Positions 7,654 to 16,672 are shown, counted from the stretch's first letter. The stretch is DNA of 19,956 bases from Armatimonadia bacterium (GCA_039683575.1 JBDKRC010000056.1:1-19956), one strand, 5' to 3'. Numbers and translations are program-made. The notes: generated from the sequence alone by a model not told the origin.

Positions 7654-8760
7654 ATGTCGGGCCGCGACTGCCTGAATGCCCTTTTGGACCGCCAGGGCGC
7701 GCCGCGCCTCTGCTGGACCACCCTCGTGGACGACACCACCCGCTCGGTCATGCCGCCGGACATCCGCGCCCTGCCGGTTCTCGACTTCTACCGCTATCTC
7801 GGCTGCGCCCACCTGCAGTTCGGCAACTACGGTCTCCCGCCTGACCTGCAGGTTCAGTCTCCCTGCCGCCGCGTCGAGCCCGAGACGCACGTTGAGCGCA
7901 CTACTGACGATCTCGGCACCCTTCACGTTCGCCTCGAAACCGACTGGGGCCCTCTCTACTCAACCTTCCGCAACGGCCACCCCCTCAAACATCCCATCGA
8001 GACCGTCGACGAACTGCGCATCGCCCGCGCCCTCTGGGAGCGCACTCATTACGAGGAGGTCGAAGGCTCCGAAGCCACCTTCCACCGCACCGCAGCCGCT
8101 CTCGGCGACGACGGCCTCTACGCGCCCACCCTCGGCCCCTCGCCCGTCCAGCAACTCCTCGAAATGGACATGGGCCTGATCAGCTTCTACGGTCTCCTGC
8201 AGGACCATCCACGCGAGGTCGAGAGCCTCCTCGACGTCATGCATGCCGTCCGCCGCCAGGAGTGGGAGATCACGGCCCGCCGCAGCCCTGCGCGCTTGCT
8301 GATACCTGTTGAGAACACCAGCTCGACCATGATCAGCCCCGCCCTCTACCGCCGCTACAGCGTGCCGCAGCTTCGCGACTTCGCGGACCTCTGCCACGCC
8401 CACGGCAAGCTTGCGGTCTTCCACATGTGCGGCCTGCTGCGCGACCTCCTGCCAGACATCATGGCCACCGGCCTCGATGGCGCCCACGCCACGACCCCTC
8501 CGCCACATGGCGACACAACGCTCGAGCACGCGCTTGACGTCTGCGGAGAGGACTTCCTGCTCCTGGGGGGAATCTTTGATGGGAGCATCTTCCAGGCCCC
8601 CGAGGTCTCGAAGGAGCAGATCATCGCCGCGCTTGACGCCCTCTACACGCCGCGCCTGCGCCGCGCCAACCTCCTGCTCGCCCTCGGCGCCGATGGCCTC
8701 CCGACCCCGCTCTGGCGCTTTGAGGTTGTGAGAGAGTGGTTCGAGCGCCAATCGCCTTAA
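7654..8760 (+). CDS. Uroporphyrinogen decarboxylase / corrinoid methyltransferase (URO-D/CIMS) superfamily protein
   Basis: Motifs MISPALYRRYSVP.LR, FHMCG (H-x-C metal motif) and LLPDIMATGLDG. Length is typical for the family. Confidence 0.75.
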   Translation: MSGRDCLNALLDRQGAPRLCWTTLVDDTTRSVMPPDIRALPVLDFYRYLGCAHLQFGNYGLPPDLQVQSPCRRVEPETHVERTTDDLGTLHVRLETDWGPLYSTFRNGHPLKHPIETVDELRIARALWERTHYEEVEGSEATFHRTAAALGDDGLYAPTLGPSPVQQLLEMDMGLISFYGLLQDHPREVESLLDVMHAVRRQEWEITARRSPARLLIPVENTSSTMISPALYRRYSVPQLRDFADLCHAHGKLAVFHMCGLLRDLLPDIMATGLDGAHATTPPPHGDTTLEHALDVCGEDFLLLGGIFDGSIFQAPEVSKEQIIAALDALYTPRLRRANLLLALGADGLPTPLWRFEVVREWFERQSP

Positions 8761-8783
8761 CCGCCTCTGAAAGCTGGGCTCCA

Positions 8784-11700
8784 ATGCGAGAAGTTTTGCT
8801 GGCCGGACTCTTCCTCCTCACCTGTACCGGAGTCGCACTGGGCGAAAAGCCCGATCCCTTCCGCGTCTCCGCCGACCCCCTCATTGGCCCGGTCAGCGTG
8901 CCCGTGATGGAGCAGGTCTTCTGGGTGCAGCTAGACCGGCCCCCCGGCGCCGAGCTGAAAGTCACCGCCCCCGAAGGCGTCCGCCTTCTCGACCAGACCA
9001 AACCCGGCCCCGGCCGCAAGATCACCCGTCTCTACTTCCGCTCCGACCGTGGGATCAGCGACGGTAAGCTCACCATCACCCCCGCTGGCGGCGCGGACCT
9101 CATCCTGCCCCTGCGCGTCCTGACCTACCGCGAAGACCTCGCCAACCAGGTCAAGGACATCCCGCAGTGGACCCCGCAGGCGCACAAGCTCGGCCGGTCC
9201 TTTTACACCCCTGAAGTCATCGCCACCGCCAAACAGAATCTCGCGAAGAATCCTGACCTCCTCGCCGGCCTCAAAGCCCCGACCGTCGTCGAAGGCCTCA
9301 GCGATGACGCCCTCTTCGCCTTTCTGCCCTCGTGGAACGTCCCGCGCCAGTGCTACAGCACCTGGCCCTGCCCTTTCTGCGGCGAGAAGATCTACGAGAA
9401 AGCCGCCTTCTATCCGTGGGTGCACACCAAGCGCGGCAGCTTCAAGGCGACCTGCCCCCTCTGCGCCAAGAGCTTCCCCACCAATGACTACGCCAAGGAC
9501 GACTTCACCAGCGGTGACTACCCCGACGACGGCTGGGGGCTGGACCTCGGCGGCAAAGGCGACCGCATGCAGTACGCCGGCTGGGTCGCGCTGCACAACC
9601 ACCACACGCTGTGGATGAGCACCGGCGGGGAGCTGAAGAAGCTCGGCGAGCGCTACCTCCTGCTCGGCGACGAACAGGCCGCTCACAAGGTCGGGCTGTT
9701 GCTCGCCCGCCTCGCCTACATCTACCCCGGCATGGACATGACCTGGCAGCAGGTGCAGACCAAGTACCTCCGCTCCGGCCGCCTGCTAGTGGACGGCAAC
9801 TGGGAGCGCACCGGCCTCACCGTCCCCGCCTGCCAGGCGTACGACGCGATCTTCGACTACCTCGACCGCGACATGGAGTTGGTCAAGTTCCTGCAGAAGA
9901 AGGACCCCACGATCCAGACCCCCGCCGATGTAAAGGCCCTCATCGACCAGTACCTCATCCAGGTCTTCGGCTGGGACTGGGTCAACTCCCGCCTCTCCGG
10001 CGGCAACCAGGGCGCCCGCGAGCGTGACGCCGCCTACACCGCCGTCTGCGCCAACATGGGCGATGTCTCGGACGCCTGGATCGAGAAGCTCTTCACCAAT
10101 TCCTACAACAGTGGCCTCGGCAAAGGCGGCTTCGATGACGAGATGCTGGTCAACACCCTCACCCGCGAGGGCATCACGCTCGTCAACGGCTTTGACTACG
10201 CCAACGGCTACCTGACCGCCAAGTCCGGCCTCATGGAGATCCTCGCCCAGGTGCAGTCGCCGAAGTGGAAGGCCCGCTGCAGCCTCTACGACGAGCGCCA
10301 ATACCCCAAGCTCCGCGCGGAGTACGACGTCTGGACCGAGATGCTCGTGGCCGGCGACCACGTCCCCTGCTATGGCGACGATGCCAACGCGCGCGGCCGC
10401 AAGCTAGAAAAGGGTGTCGCCAGCCTCCACCGCAGCGAATACGTCCGCGCCTACCGCCACTGGCCCACCGACCGCCTGGCCTGGGCCCTCCAGCGCGCCG
10501 GGCAGGGCGGCAGCGACCTCGTCGAGCCCTATGTCTGGGACCAGGTCACCGAGCAGGTCAAACGCGCCGGCCCCGAGCCGCCCCTCGAGAGTCGCGTCCT
10601 CGACGGCGTCGGCTTCGTCTTCCTCGAATCCCGCGCCCATGCGGAAAAGGTCGCCGACCGCGCCGGCCTGGCCTTCCGCTACGGCTACGGCGTCGGCCAC
10701 CAGCACCAGGACAACCTCAACCTCGAGTTCTGGGCCAAAGACCTCGACCTCGCGCCCGAACTCGGCTACCCCTGCTGGGCCCACCCACAGGGCGCCACGG
10801 GCCACGTCGTCCACCACAACACCGGCATGATCGACCGCTCTCCCCAAAGCAAGGGCGGCGGCATCGCCCACGGTACCCTCGAGCTCTTTGCGGGCGCTCC
10901 CGAAGCCTCCTTCGCCGACCTCTCCGCCACGCCCGACGGCTTCCCGAACCGTTTCTTCCGCCGCGCCGTCTGCCTCGCCGACGCCCCCGGCGGCAACGTC
11001 TACCTCCTCGACATCCTCCGCCTCGCGGGCGGCAGCAAGCGCACCTACTGCTTCCACGGCCCCGCCCACCGCGACTTCACCTCCAGCCTCACTTTCGGCC
11101 AGAAGAGCCCGCAGGCGTTCGACATCGCCAACATGAGCCGCAACCTCGACAACAATATCCTCGAGCCGCAGACTGCCCAAAGCGACGGCGACGTCTGGGC
11201 CGACTGGCTCTACGACCAGAAAGACGTCCACCTCCGCCTCGACCTGCTTGGCGCGAAAGGCCGCCAGTACACCACCGCCCGCTACGGCAAGCCCGATGCC
11301 CCGCCGATCCGCTTCCTCTTCCCGGAAGACCAGGGCGCTGATGGCGCAAGCGAGTTCATCGCCGTCTGGCAGCCGTACGAGGGCCAGCCCTTCATCCAGA
11401 AGATCGAGCGCCTCGACTGCCAGACCACCGGCCCCGCCTCCGAGTACGCCCCGGTAGTCGTCCGTGTCACCCTCACTGGCGGCCAGGTGGACACCTTCTT
11501 CTACGACCACGCGGGCCGCTCACTCACCAGCGGGCCCTTCACCTTCACCGGCAACTTCGGCTACTGGTCGGAGCAGGACGGCAAGCTCCGCTGCCTGCAC
11601 CTCGCGGGCAGCCAACTGCTCAAGAGCGGCGTCGGCGTAGCCAAAGCCCCGCCACCCTACACCGGCAAGATCACCGCCATTGACCTCCTCGACAACAAGC

Positions 11701-12191
11701 TAACCCTCGACTGCAAGCTGCCGATTGGCGAGCTGCTCAAGGGCAAAATGATCTACCTGAAGGGCGGTGAGCATCGCACTGCCTACCGCATCGCCGAAGT
11801 CCTGCCCCCCGGCAACATCGTACGCCTCGCCCACAACGGCCTGCTCTTCCGCTCGCGTCTCGACGCGATCAGCGACGACAAGACTGCCCTCCAGACCGAA
11901 CTGGCCCCACCCATCGAGGCCACCAAGGGCATCAAGCCCGGCTACTACAACGGCGCCTTGGTCACCGACGAAACCCTGAAGGCCCGCTACCGGGTCAAAG
12001 CAGTAGTAGAGGGCAAGCTGGTGCTCGACCGCCCGGTCAGCGCGTCAGACTTCGCCGACAGCGACAAAGACGGCCGCCGCGTGGTCTACCTCTACGACCA
12101 TGCCGAGGGCGACGAGTTCACAATCCCGCAGTCAGTCTTCATCAAGTCCGGCGAAAAGACCGACAGCGCAGTATCAACCAGGGGCTTGTAG
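8784..12191 (+). CDS. Large secreted heparinase II/III-like (polysaccharide lyase-like) protein
   Basis: Signal peptide from ATG 8784. Heparinase II/III-type motifs GHQHQDNLNLEFWA...APELGYP...HHNTGMID, and an N-terminal CxxC-24-CxxC. Confidence 0.75.
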   Translation: MREVLLAGLFLLTCTGVALGEKPDPFRVSADPLIGPVSVPVMEQVFWVQLDRPPGAELKVTAPEGVRLLDQTKPGPGRKITRLYFRSDRGISDGKLTITPAGGADLILPLRVLTYREDLANQVKDIPQWTPQAHKLGRSFYTPEVIATAKQNLAKNPDLLAGLKAPTVVEGLSDDALFAFLPSWNVPRQCYSTWPCPFCGEKIYEKAAFYPWVHTKRGSFKATCPLCAKSFPTNDYAKDDFTSGDYPDDGWGLDLGGKGDRMQYAGWVALHNHHTLWMSTGGELKKLGERYLLLGDEQAAHKVGLLLARLAYIYPGMDMTWQQVQTKYLRSGRLLVDGNWERTGLTVPACQAYDAIFDYLDRDMELVKFLQKKDPTIQTPADVKALIDQYLIQVFGWDWVNSRLSGGNQGARERDAAYTAVCANMGDVSDAWIEKLFTNSYNSGLGKGGFDDEMLVNTLTREGITLVNGFDYANGYLTAKSGLMEILAQVQSPKWKARCSLYDERQYPKLRAEYDVWTEMLVAGDHVPCYGDDANARGRKLEKGVASLHRSEYVRAYRHWPTDRLAWALQRAGQGGSDLVEPYVWDQVTEQVKRAGPEPPLESRVLDGVGFVFLESRAHAEKVADRAGLAFRYGYGVGHQHQDNLNLEFWAKDLDLAPELGYPCWAHPQGATGHVVHHNTGMIDRSPQSKGGGIAHGTLELFAGAPEASFADLSATPDGFPNRFFRRAVCLADAPGGNVYLLDILRLAGGSKRTYCFHGPAHRDFTSSLTFGQKSPQAFDIANMSRNLDNNILEPQTAQSDGDVWADWLYDQKDVHLRLDLLGAKGRQYTTARYGKPDAPPIRFLFPEDQGADGASEFIAVWQPYEGQPFIQKIERLDCQTTGPASEYAPVVVRVTLTGGQVDTFFYDHAGRSLTSGPFTFTGNFGYWSEQDGKLRCLHLAGSQLLKSGVGVAKAPPPYTGKITAIDLLDNKLTLDCKLPIGELLKGKMIYLKGGEHRTAYRIAEVLPPGNIVRLAHNGLLFRSRLDAISDDKTALQTELAPPIEATKGIKPGYYNGALVTDETLKARYRVKAVVEGKLVLDRPVSASDFADSDKDGRRVVYLYDHAEGDEFTIPQSVFIKSGEKTDSAVSTRGL

Positions 12192-12287
12192 GGGCACCGC
12201 GGCGCGCCCGCGGCTACCGCGTAGTGCGGGCGTCTCGCCCGCTCCCTATAGGCAAGGGACATAGTGGGAGGGCTCTCCAGAGCCCGA
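12188..12287 (+). repeat. Cluster of three different REP-like hairpins
   Basis: GTAGGGGC...GCCC (12188-12209, imperfect), GTAGT-GCGGGCG-TCT-CGCCCGC (12221-12242) and GTGGGA-GGGCTC-TCCA-GAGCCC-GA (12264-12287, family A). Confidence 0.8.
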
Positions 12288-12310
12288 CCCGCAGCAAAGG
12301 ACAATCCCAG

Positions 12311-13162
12311 ATGAACCTCACCTCCGACTTCCACATCCACACCGCGCACTCGTGCGACAGCGCCTGCCTCCCCATGGTCGACCTCCCCGGCGCCGCCTCT
12401 GCCTCCGGCGTCACCGTCTACGGCGTCAGCGACCACCTCCACACCCCCTACAACCTCCCCGACGTCGTGGCCTCTCGCCGCTCCTTCGACGAGCACGCCC
12501 GCGACGGCTTCCACTTCGGCATCGAGATAAGCTGCGTCTCAACCTGGGAACTGGAGGAACTCGCCCGCGGTGACTACGAGAACCCCGTCTACGGCCTCCG
12601 CAGTGGCGGCCCGGCGGGTGCGGACCCCGCCATCGGCCTGACCGAGCAGGACATCGCCGCCCTCGGCATCGAATATGTAATCGGCGGCACCCATTGGCCG
12701 CTATATGTCGAACTCGAACCCGGGATAGTCACTCGCGACTACCACCGCCAGAACATGTTCCTCGCCACCCATCCGCTGGTGGACATCGTCGCCCACCCTT
12801 GGTGGTGGATGGGCAAGTGGAAGCAGGACGATGGCACGTACCCGACCGACCCGTGGTTCGATGATTTCACCCGCGTCCCGCTCTCGATGCACGACGAATT
12901 CGCCGCCGCCGCGGTCCAGCATGGCACTGCCGTCGAGATCAACCTCAGCGCCACGCTGCTGAACCCCGGCTATCCCGAGCGCTTTCATTACCAGTACGCC
13001 GACTATCTGGCCTACCTGCAAGGGCGCGGCGTGCAACTCTCAGTCGGCTCCGACTGTCACTCAGCGACCTACGCGCCACCGTTCACCAGGGCCGCTGAGA
13101 TGCTCGCCCAGGCCGGCGTGAACACCGATAACCTCTGGCTCCCGGGCCAGCGAACGAACTGA
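12311..13162 (+). CDS. PHP domain metal-dependent phosphoesterase (HisK/YcdX-like)
   Basis: Motifs DFHIHT, GVSDH, GIEIS, IGGTH, IVAHP, EIN and GSDCH. ATG at 12311 follows AAAGGA. Confidence 0.9.
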   Translation: MNLTSDFHIHTAHSCDSACLPMVDLPGAASASGVTVYGVSDHLHTPYNLPDVVASRRSFDEHARDGFHFGIEISCVSTWELEELARGDYENPVYGLRSGGPAGADPAIGLTEQDIAALGIEYVIGGTHWPLYVELEPGIVTRDYHRQNMFLATHPLVDIVAHPWWWMGKWKQDDGTYPTDPWFDDFTRVPLSMHDEFAAAAVQHGTAVEINLSATLLNPGYPERFHYQYADYLAYLQGRGVQLSVGSDCHSATYAPPFTRAAEMLAQAGVNTDNLWLPGQRTN

Positions 13163-13189
13163 CCATAGCCACGCGTCTGAAATACCGAA

Positions 13190-13263
13190 CGCGTAGGTGG
13201 GTTCGTCCCGAACCCACACTATCTCTCGCCACCGCGCGGGTTCGAGACGAACCCGCCTACGCG
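13190..13263. repeat. Inverted REP doublet (REPIN-like, family C)
   Basis: CGCGTAGGTGGGTTCGTCCCGAACCCAC (13190-13217) and an inverted copy at 13236-13263 match 25/28, including a compensatory stem pair. Confidence 0.9.
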
Positions 13264-13282
13264 AAACTCACCGAGGCCCCTC

Positions 13283-13942
13283 ATGACCCAATTCCGCTCC
13301 TCCTACCGCCACAATCTCGACGACCTGCGCAACACCGTACTGCGCATGGGTGCCTTCGCTGAGGGCATGCTCGGCCGTGCCATGCAGGCCCTCGTCAGCC
13401 AGGACGTCGAACTCGCCCGCGAAGTCCATCGCAGCGACGATGTCGCCGACGACTTCGACCGCGAGATCGAGCGCACCGCCATCAGCCTCCTCGCCTCCCA
13501 GCAACCCGTCTCTGGCGACCTCCGCAACATCCTCGGCGCCCTGCGCATCGCCACCGACCTCGAGCGCATCGCCGACTATGCCAAGGACATTGCCAAGGTC
13601 ACCATCGCCGTCGCGCCCACGCCCTGGTTCGCCCCGCTCGAAGACATCGCTCTGATGGGGGAGATGGCCGGGGAGCTACTCCGCCAGGCCCTCCGTGCCT
13701 TCGCGGATCAGGACCTCACCCTCGCCCGCAAGGTCGCCGCTGACGATGAAAAGCTCGACGAGCTGTGGCACAAGCTCTGGGCGCAACTCAATCTGCGCAT
13801 GGCCGGCGATCCTGAGGTCATCAGCCAGGCCACCTACCTGCTCCTGGTAGCCCGCTACCTCGAGCGCATCGGCGACCACACGATCAACATCATGGAACGC
13901 CTCAACTACATGGAGACCGGCAAGCTGGAACCCATGGCATGA
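13283..13942 (+). CDS. phoU: Phosphate signalling complex protein PhoU
   Basis: Two PhoU repeats: QQPVSGDLR...DLERIADYAKDIA and ARYLERIGDHTINIMER. Confidence 0.95.
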   Translation: MTQFRSSYRHNLDDLRNTVLRMGAFAEGMLGRAMQALVSQDVELAREVHRSDDVADDFDREIERTAISLLASQQPVSGDLRNILGALRIATDLERIADYAKDIAKVTIAVAPTPWFAPLEDIALMGEMAGELLRQALRAFADQDLTLARKVAADDEKLDELWHKLWAQLNLRMAGDPEVISQATYLLLVARYLERIGDHTINIMERLNYMETGKLEPMA

Positions 13943-14409
13943 AAACCGCCGTCGCGCTGGTCATCTCGCTGTTGGTCTGCTACGCTGTCGCCGCCGGCGG
14001 CTCGTACTTCACCTTCGCCTCCGTCCGCGACTGGTACCCGACCCTCGTCAAGCCCACCTGGACGCCCCCGGCGTGGCTCTTCGGCCCGGTCTGGACGCTG
14101 CTCTACACGATGATGGCGGTTGCGGCCTGGTTGGTGTGGAAAAGACATGGGGAAGCGCCGGTTGGTCTGGCGCTGGGGATCTTCGGGGTACAACTCGCGC
14201 TCAACTTCGCGTGGTCGCTGCTCTTCTTCGGCCTGCATCGCCTTGACCTGGCAATGCTCGACATCGTGGCCCTCTGGCTGAGCATTCTCGCCACGATCAT
14301 CCTCTTCTACCGCCTCTCAACCCTCGCCGCCCTCCTCCTCATCCCCTACCTACTCTGGGTGACCTTCGCCTCCGCCCTCAACTACGCCCTCTGGCACCTC
14401 AATCGCTGA
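13939..14409 (+). CDS. tspO: TspO/MBR tryptophan-rich sensory protein
   Basis: Motifs WYPTLVKPTWTPPAWLFGPVWTLLY, QLALNFAWSLLFFG and LIPYLLWVTFASALN. ATGA overlap with phoU. Confidence 0.95.
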   Translation: MKTAVALVISLLVCYAVAAGGSYFTFASVRDWYPTLVKPTWTPPAWLFGPVWTLLYTMMAVAAWLVWKRHGEAPVGLALGIFGVQLALNFAWSLLFFGLHRLDLAMLDIVALWLSILATIILFYRLSTLAALLLIPYLLWVTFASALNYALWHLNR

Positions 14410-14437
14410 TCAGACTCGTCTCTCCTCCCTATCCTCT

Positions 14438-14460
14438 GTACGAGCGATCACCGATCGCGA
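14438..14460 (+). repeat. Single REP-like element (family A, GTAC variant)
   Basis: GTACGA-GCGATC-ACC-GATCGC-GA. The stretch 14436-14461 is identical to 16764-16789. Confidence 0.85.
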
Positions 14461-14487
14461 CCCATCACCGACCACCCCTCGTCCCGC

Positions 14488-14910
14488 CTACTGCGCCGAA
14501 TACACAAACGCCGTCTGGCTAAGCCCGTCCCACCTCACCGTCCCGCCGAACGCCTCCGCCACAAACCGCAGTGGCACATACGTCATCCCTGCCACCAGCG
14601 CCGGCGGCATCCTCAACTGCACCGGCGCACCGTTCACCTGCGCTACCGGCGTATTGATCCAAAGCTCGACCACGCGGCCCGGTCGCTTGGCGACGATCTT
14701 CCCCAGCTTCGGCCTCCACTGGACCTCCGCCGCCAGCGCCTCAAACACCACCCGCATCGGCAGCATGACCGCGCCACCACGGTTCAGCACCGGCTGCGCC
14801 GTGTTGAGCACCTTGCCATCCACCACAATGGTAGGCGCCGCCACAGCCATGGCGGCGCCCAGTGACACAGTTGCTGCCATTAGCAGGCAGCGGAGCATCA
14901 TCTTCATCAC
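14488..14910 (-). CDS. Secreted copper amine oxidase N-terminal (stalk) domain protein
   Basis: Signal peptide plus motifs MLPMRVVFEALAAEVQW and TYVPLRFVAEAFGGTVRWD. The start overlaps the upstream TGA. The exact start codon is uncertain (14910 or 14907). Confidence 0.85.
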   Translation of the reverse strand: MMKMMLRCLLMAATVSLGAAMAVAAPTIVVDGKVLNTAQPVLNRGGAVMLPMRVVFEALAAEVQWRPKLGKIVAKRPGRVVELWINTPVAQVNGAPVQLRMPPALVAGMTYVPLRFVAEAFGGTVRWDGLSQTAFVYSAQ

Positions 14911-15389
14911 TTGTTGGCCTTCAGTAGCTTCACCATCTCCTCCGGGCTCACGAACCCCACCTGCCGTCGCTTCTCCGAGCCCGCGCTGTCCATGAAGATG
15001 ATGGCGGGAATGCCTGTGATCTCGTACTTTCGCGCGAGGTCCTGGTTCTTGTCCGTATCAAGCCTCACCGCCACATAATCCGCCAGCGCCTGCTTCACCT
15101 GCGGGTCCGGCCACGTCTGCTCATCGAGCATCCGGCACGGTCCGCACCACGTCGCGAAGAAGTCCACCACCAGCGGCTTGCTTTGTTGCCTGGCCAGCTT
15201 CATGCCTTCGTCCAGCGAAGTGAGCCACTTCCCCTCCGCAGCCGCGCCCTCCGACTTCGGGTCGGTGCTCGCCGCAGCGGTTCCCCCCTTGGTCTTCTGC
15301 GTCTCATCCATCCCCGTCTGTTGTGGCTGCTTCTGACATCCGGCCAGAATCACCAGTGCCACTAGACCCATCAAGTACAGGTATTTCAT
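14907..15389 (-). CDS. Thioredoxin-family lipoprotein
   Basis: Lipobox ILAGC, active site VDFFATWCGPC and cis-Pro loop ITGIPA. Start at MKYLYL (15389). Confidence 0.9.
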   Translation of the reverse strand: MKYLYLMGLVALVILAGCQKQPQQTGMDETQKTKGGTAAASTDPKSEGAAAEGKWLTSLDEGMKLARQQSKPLVVDFFATWCGPCRMLDEQTWPDPQVKQALADYVAVRLDTDKNQDLARKYEITGIPAIIFMDSAGSEKRRQVGFVSPEEMVKLLKANK

Positions 15390-15426
15390 CTTCCACCTCT
15401 CATCTGGACCCCCATCAACCACCCCC

Positions 15427-15461
15427 CAACTGACAACTGATAGCTGACAACTGGTAGCTGA
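15427..15461. repeat. Heptanucleotide tandem repeat (5 units)
   Basis: CAACTGA CAACTGA TAGCTGA CAACTGG TAGCTGA. Confidence 0.8.
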
Positions 15462-16649
15462 TTACCTGACCACTGCCACCAGTCCCGTCCCCGGCGGCGG
15501 CAGTATCACCTTCTCGAGCGGTTTCACAATCACCCGCCCCTCCTCGGCTACGATCCCGTCAATCGCCCCTGTGAACCGCTTGCCGCCCTGCGGCGTGATC
15601 TCCAGCCGCTGGCCCATCCGCAGCTGCCCGAGCTGCTGCCCCGGCACGTTGAAAACCAGCCGGGCCTCCTCGGCCTGCTCCACGACTGCCAATTGCTGTC
15701 CCGCCTTGACGCGCTCGCCGGGACGGGTGTTCAGCCGGGCCAGCGTCCCTGCCTGCGGCGTCTTGACCATCAACCCGCCCACCATCTTCTCCGCCTCGGT
15801 CATCGCCTGCCGCGCCGCCTTCGTCTGCTGATCCCCCTCGACCAGCGCCTTCCCCTCGGCCGTCCCGCTGATCTTGTTCACTTCGTCCTGTGACTGCGCC
15901 ACCAGCTTCTCCGCCGCCCGGGCCCGCTTGCTCAGGCGCTCCAACTGCTGGCCCTGCTCATAGAGCGGCTGCGCCTTCTCCCCAAGACCCTTCAGCCGCT
16001 GCTGGGCAATTTTCAGTTCATTGTCCCGTGCGGTCAACCTCCGCTGCGTCTCCTCCACCGCCGGGTCACGCCGCTGCGCCTTCTCCTGTGCCTCGCGCTT
16101 GCCCGCAAACTCCCGCCGCACTTCCTCAAACGCCGCCCGCTTCCGCTCCATCTCCTGCTGTGCCTGCCGCAGCGTCTCCAGGTCCTTCTCCAGCGTCGGG
16201 TGACTGCTCTTGAATTCCGCCAGCTCCTGCCGCGCAATACTCAGCCCCGCCTGCGCCCCCTCGAGGTGTATCCGCGCTGCCTCAAGCTTCCTTTGCGTCT
16301 CCGACCTCGGAGCCTTCTGCACCCGTCCCTCCACTCCCGCCAGCGTCTTCTGCGCCGCTTGCAGCTTCGCGCGGGCCGCCTCATTCTTCAGCTGCAGCAC
16401 AGCCTCCCCAGCCTGCACTGCCGCCCCCTCACTGGCCAGTAGCGCCACGACCCGCCCCTCCACTGGCGCGGTCAGCACCACCTGCTTCGCCGCCTCCACC
16501 TGCCCCAAAAGCGTGATCCGCGCCGCCTTCGCAGGTCCGCGCCCAGGCACCGGCTGCCAAACCACCGGCCGCCCCAAGAACGCGAGCCCCACCAACCCCA
16601 CGGCCACCAACACCGCCACAATAATCAGAACCGAACGCCGAACACGCAT
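15462..16649 (-). CDS. HlyD/membrane-fusion (periplasmic adaptor) family protein
   Basis: N-terminal transmembrane helix, split lipoyl halves (APVEGRVVALLASEGAAVQAGEAVLQL and TPQAGTLARLNTRPGERVKAGQQLA) and a long coiled coil between them. Start taken at MRVRR. Confidence 0.85.
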   Translation of the reverse strand: MRVRRSVLIIVAVLVAVGLVGLAFLGRPVVWQPVPGRGPAKAARITLLGQVEAAKQVVLTAPVEGRVVALLASEGAAVQAGEAVLQLKNEAARAKLQAAQKTLAGVEGRVQKAPRSETQRKLEAARIHLEGAQAGLSIARQELAEFKSSHPTLEKDLETLRQAQQEMERKRAAFEEVRREFAGKREAQEKAQRRDPAVEETQRRLTARDNELKIAQQRLKGLGEKAQPLYEQGQQLERLSKRARAAEKLVAQSQDEVNKISGTAEGKALVEGDQQTKAARQAMTEAEKMVGGLMVKTPQAGTLARLNTRPGERVKAGQQLAVVEQAEEARLVFNVPGQQLGQLRMGQRLEITPQGGKRFTGAIDGIVAEEGRVIVKPLEKVILPPPGTGLVAVVR

Positions 16650-16672
16650 TGCATTCACCAACCCGGCCGCCT

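Noticed and set aside
8931-11510. Long antisense and alternative-frame ORFs (e.g. 8931-9686, 10265-11341, 10404-11510), and similar ones across the window
   Set aside because: Shadow ORFs expected from high GC and codon bias. They overlap well-supported genes and show no recognisable motifs.
12224-12310. N-terminal extension of the PHP ORF
   Set aside because: It translates REP hairpins. The DxHxH motif lies right after ATG 12311.
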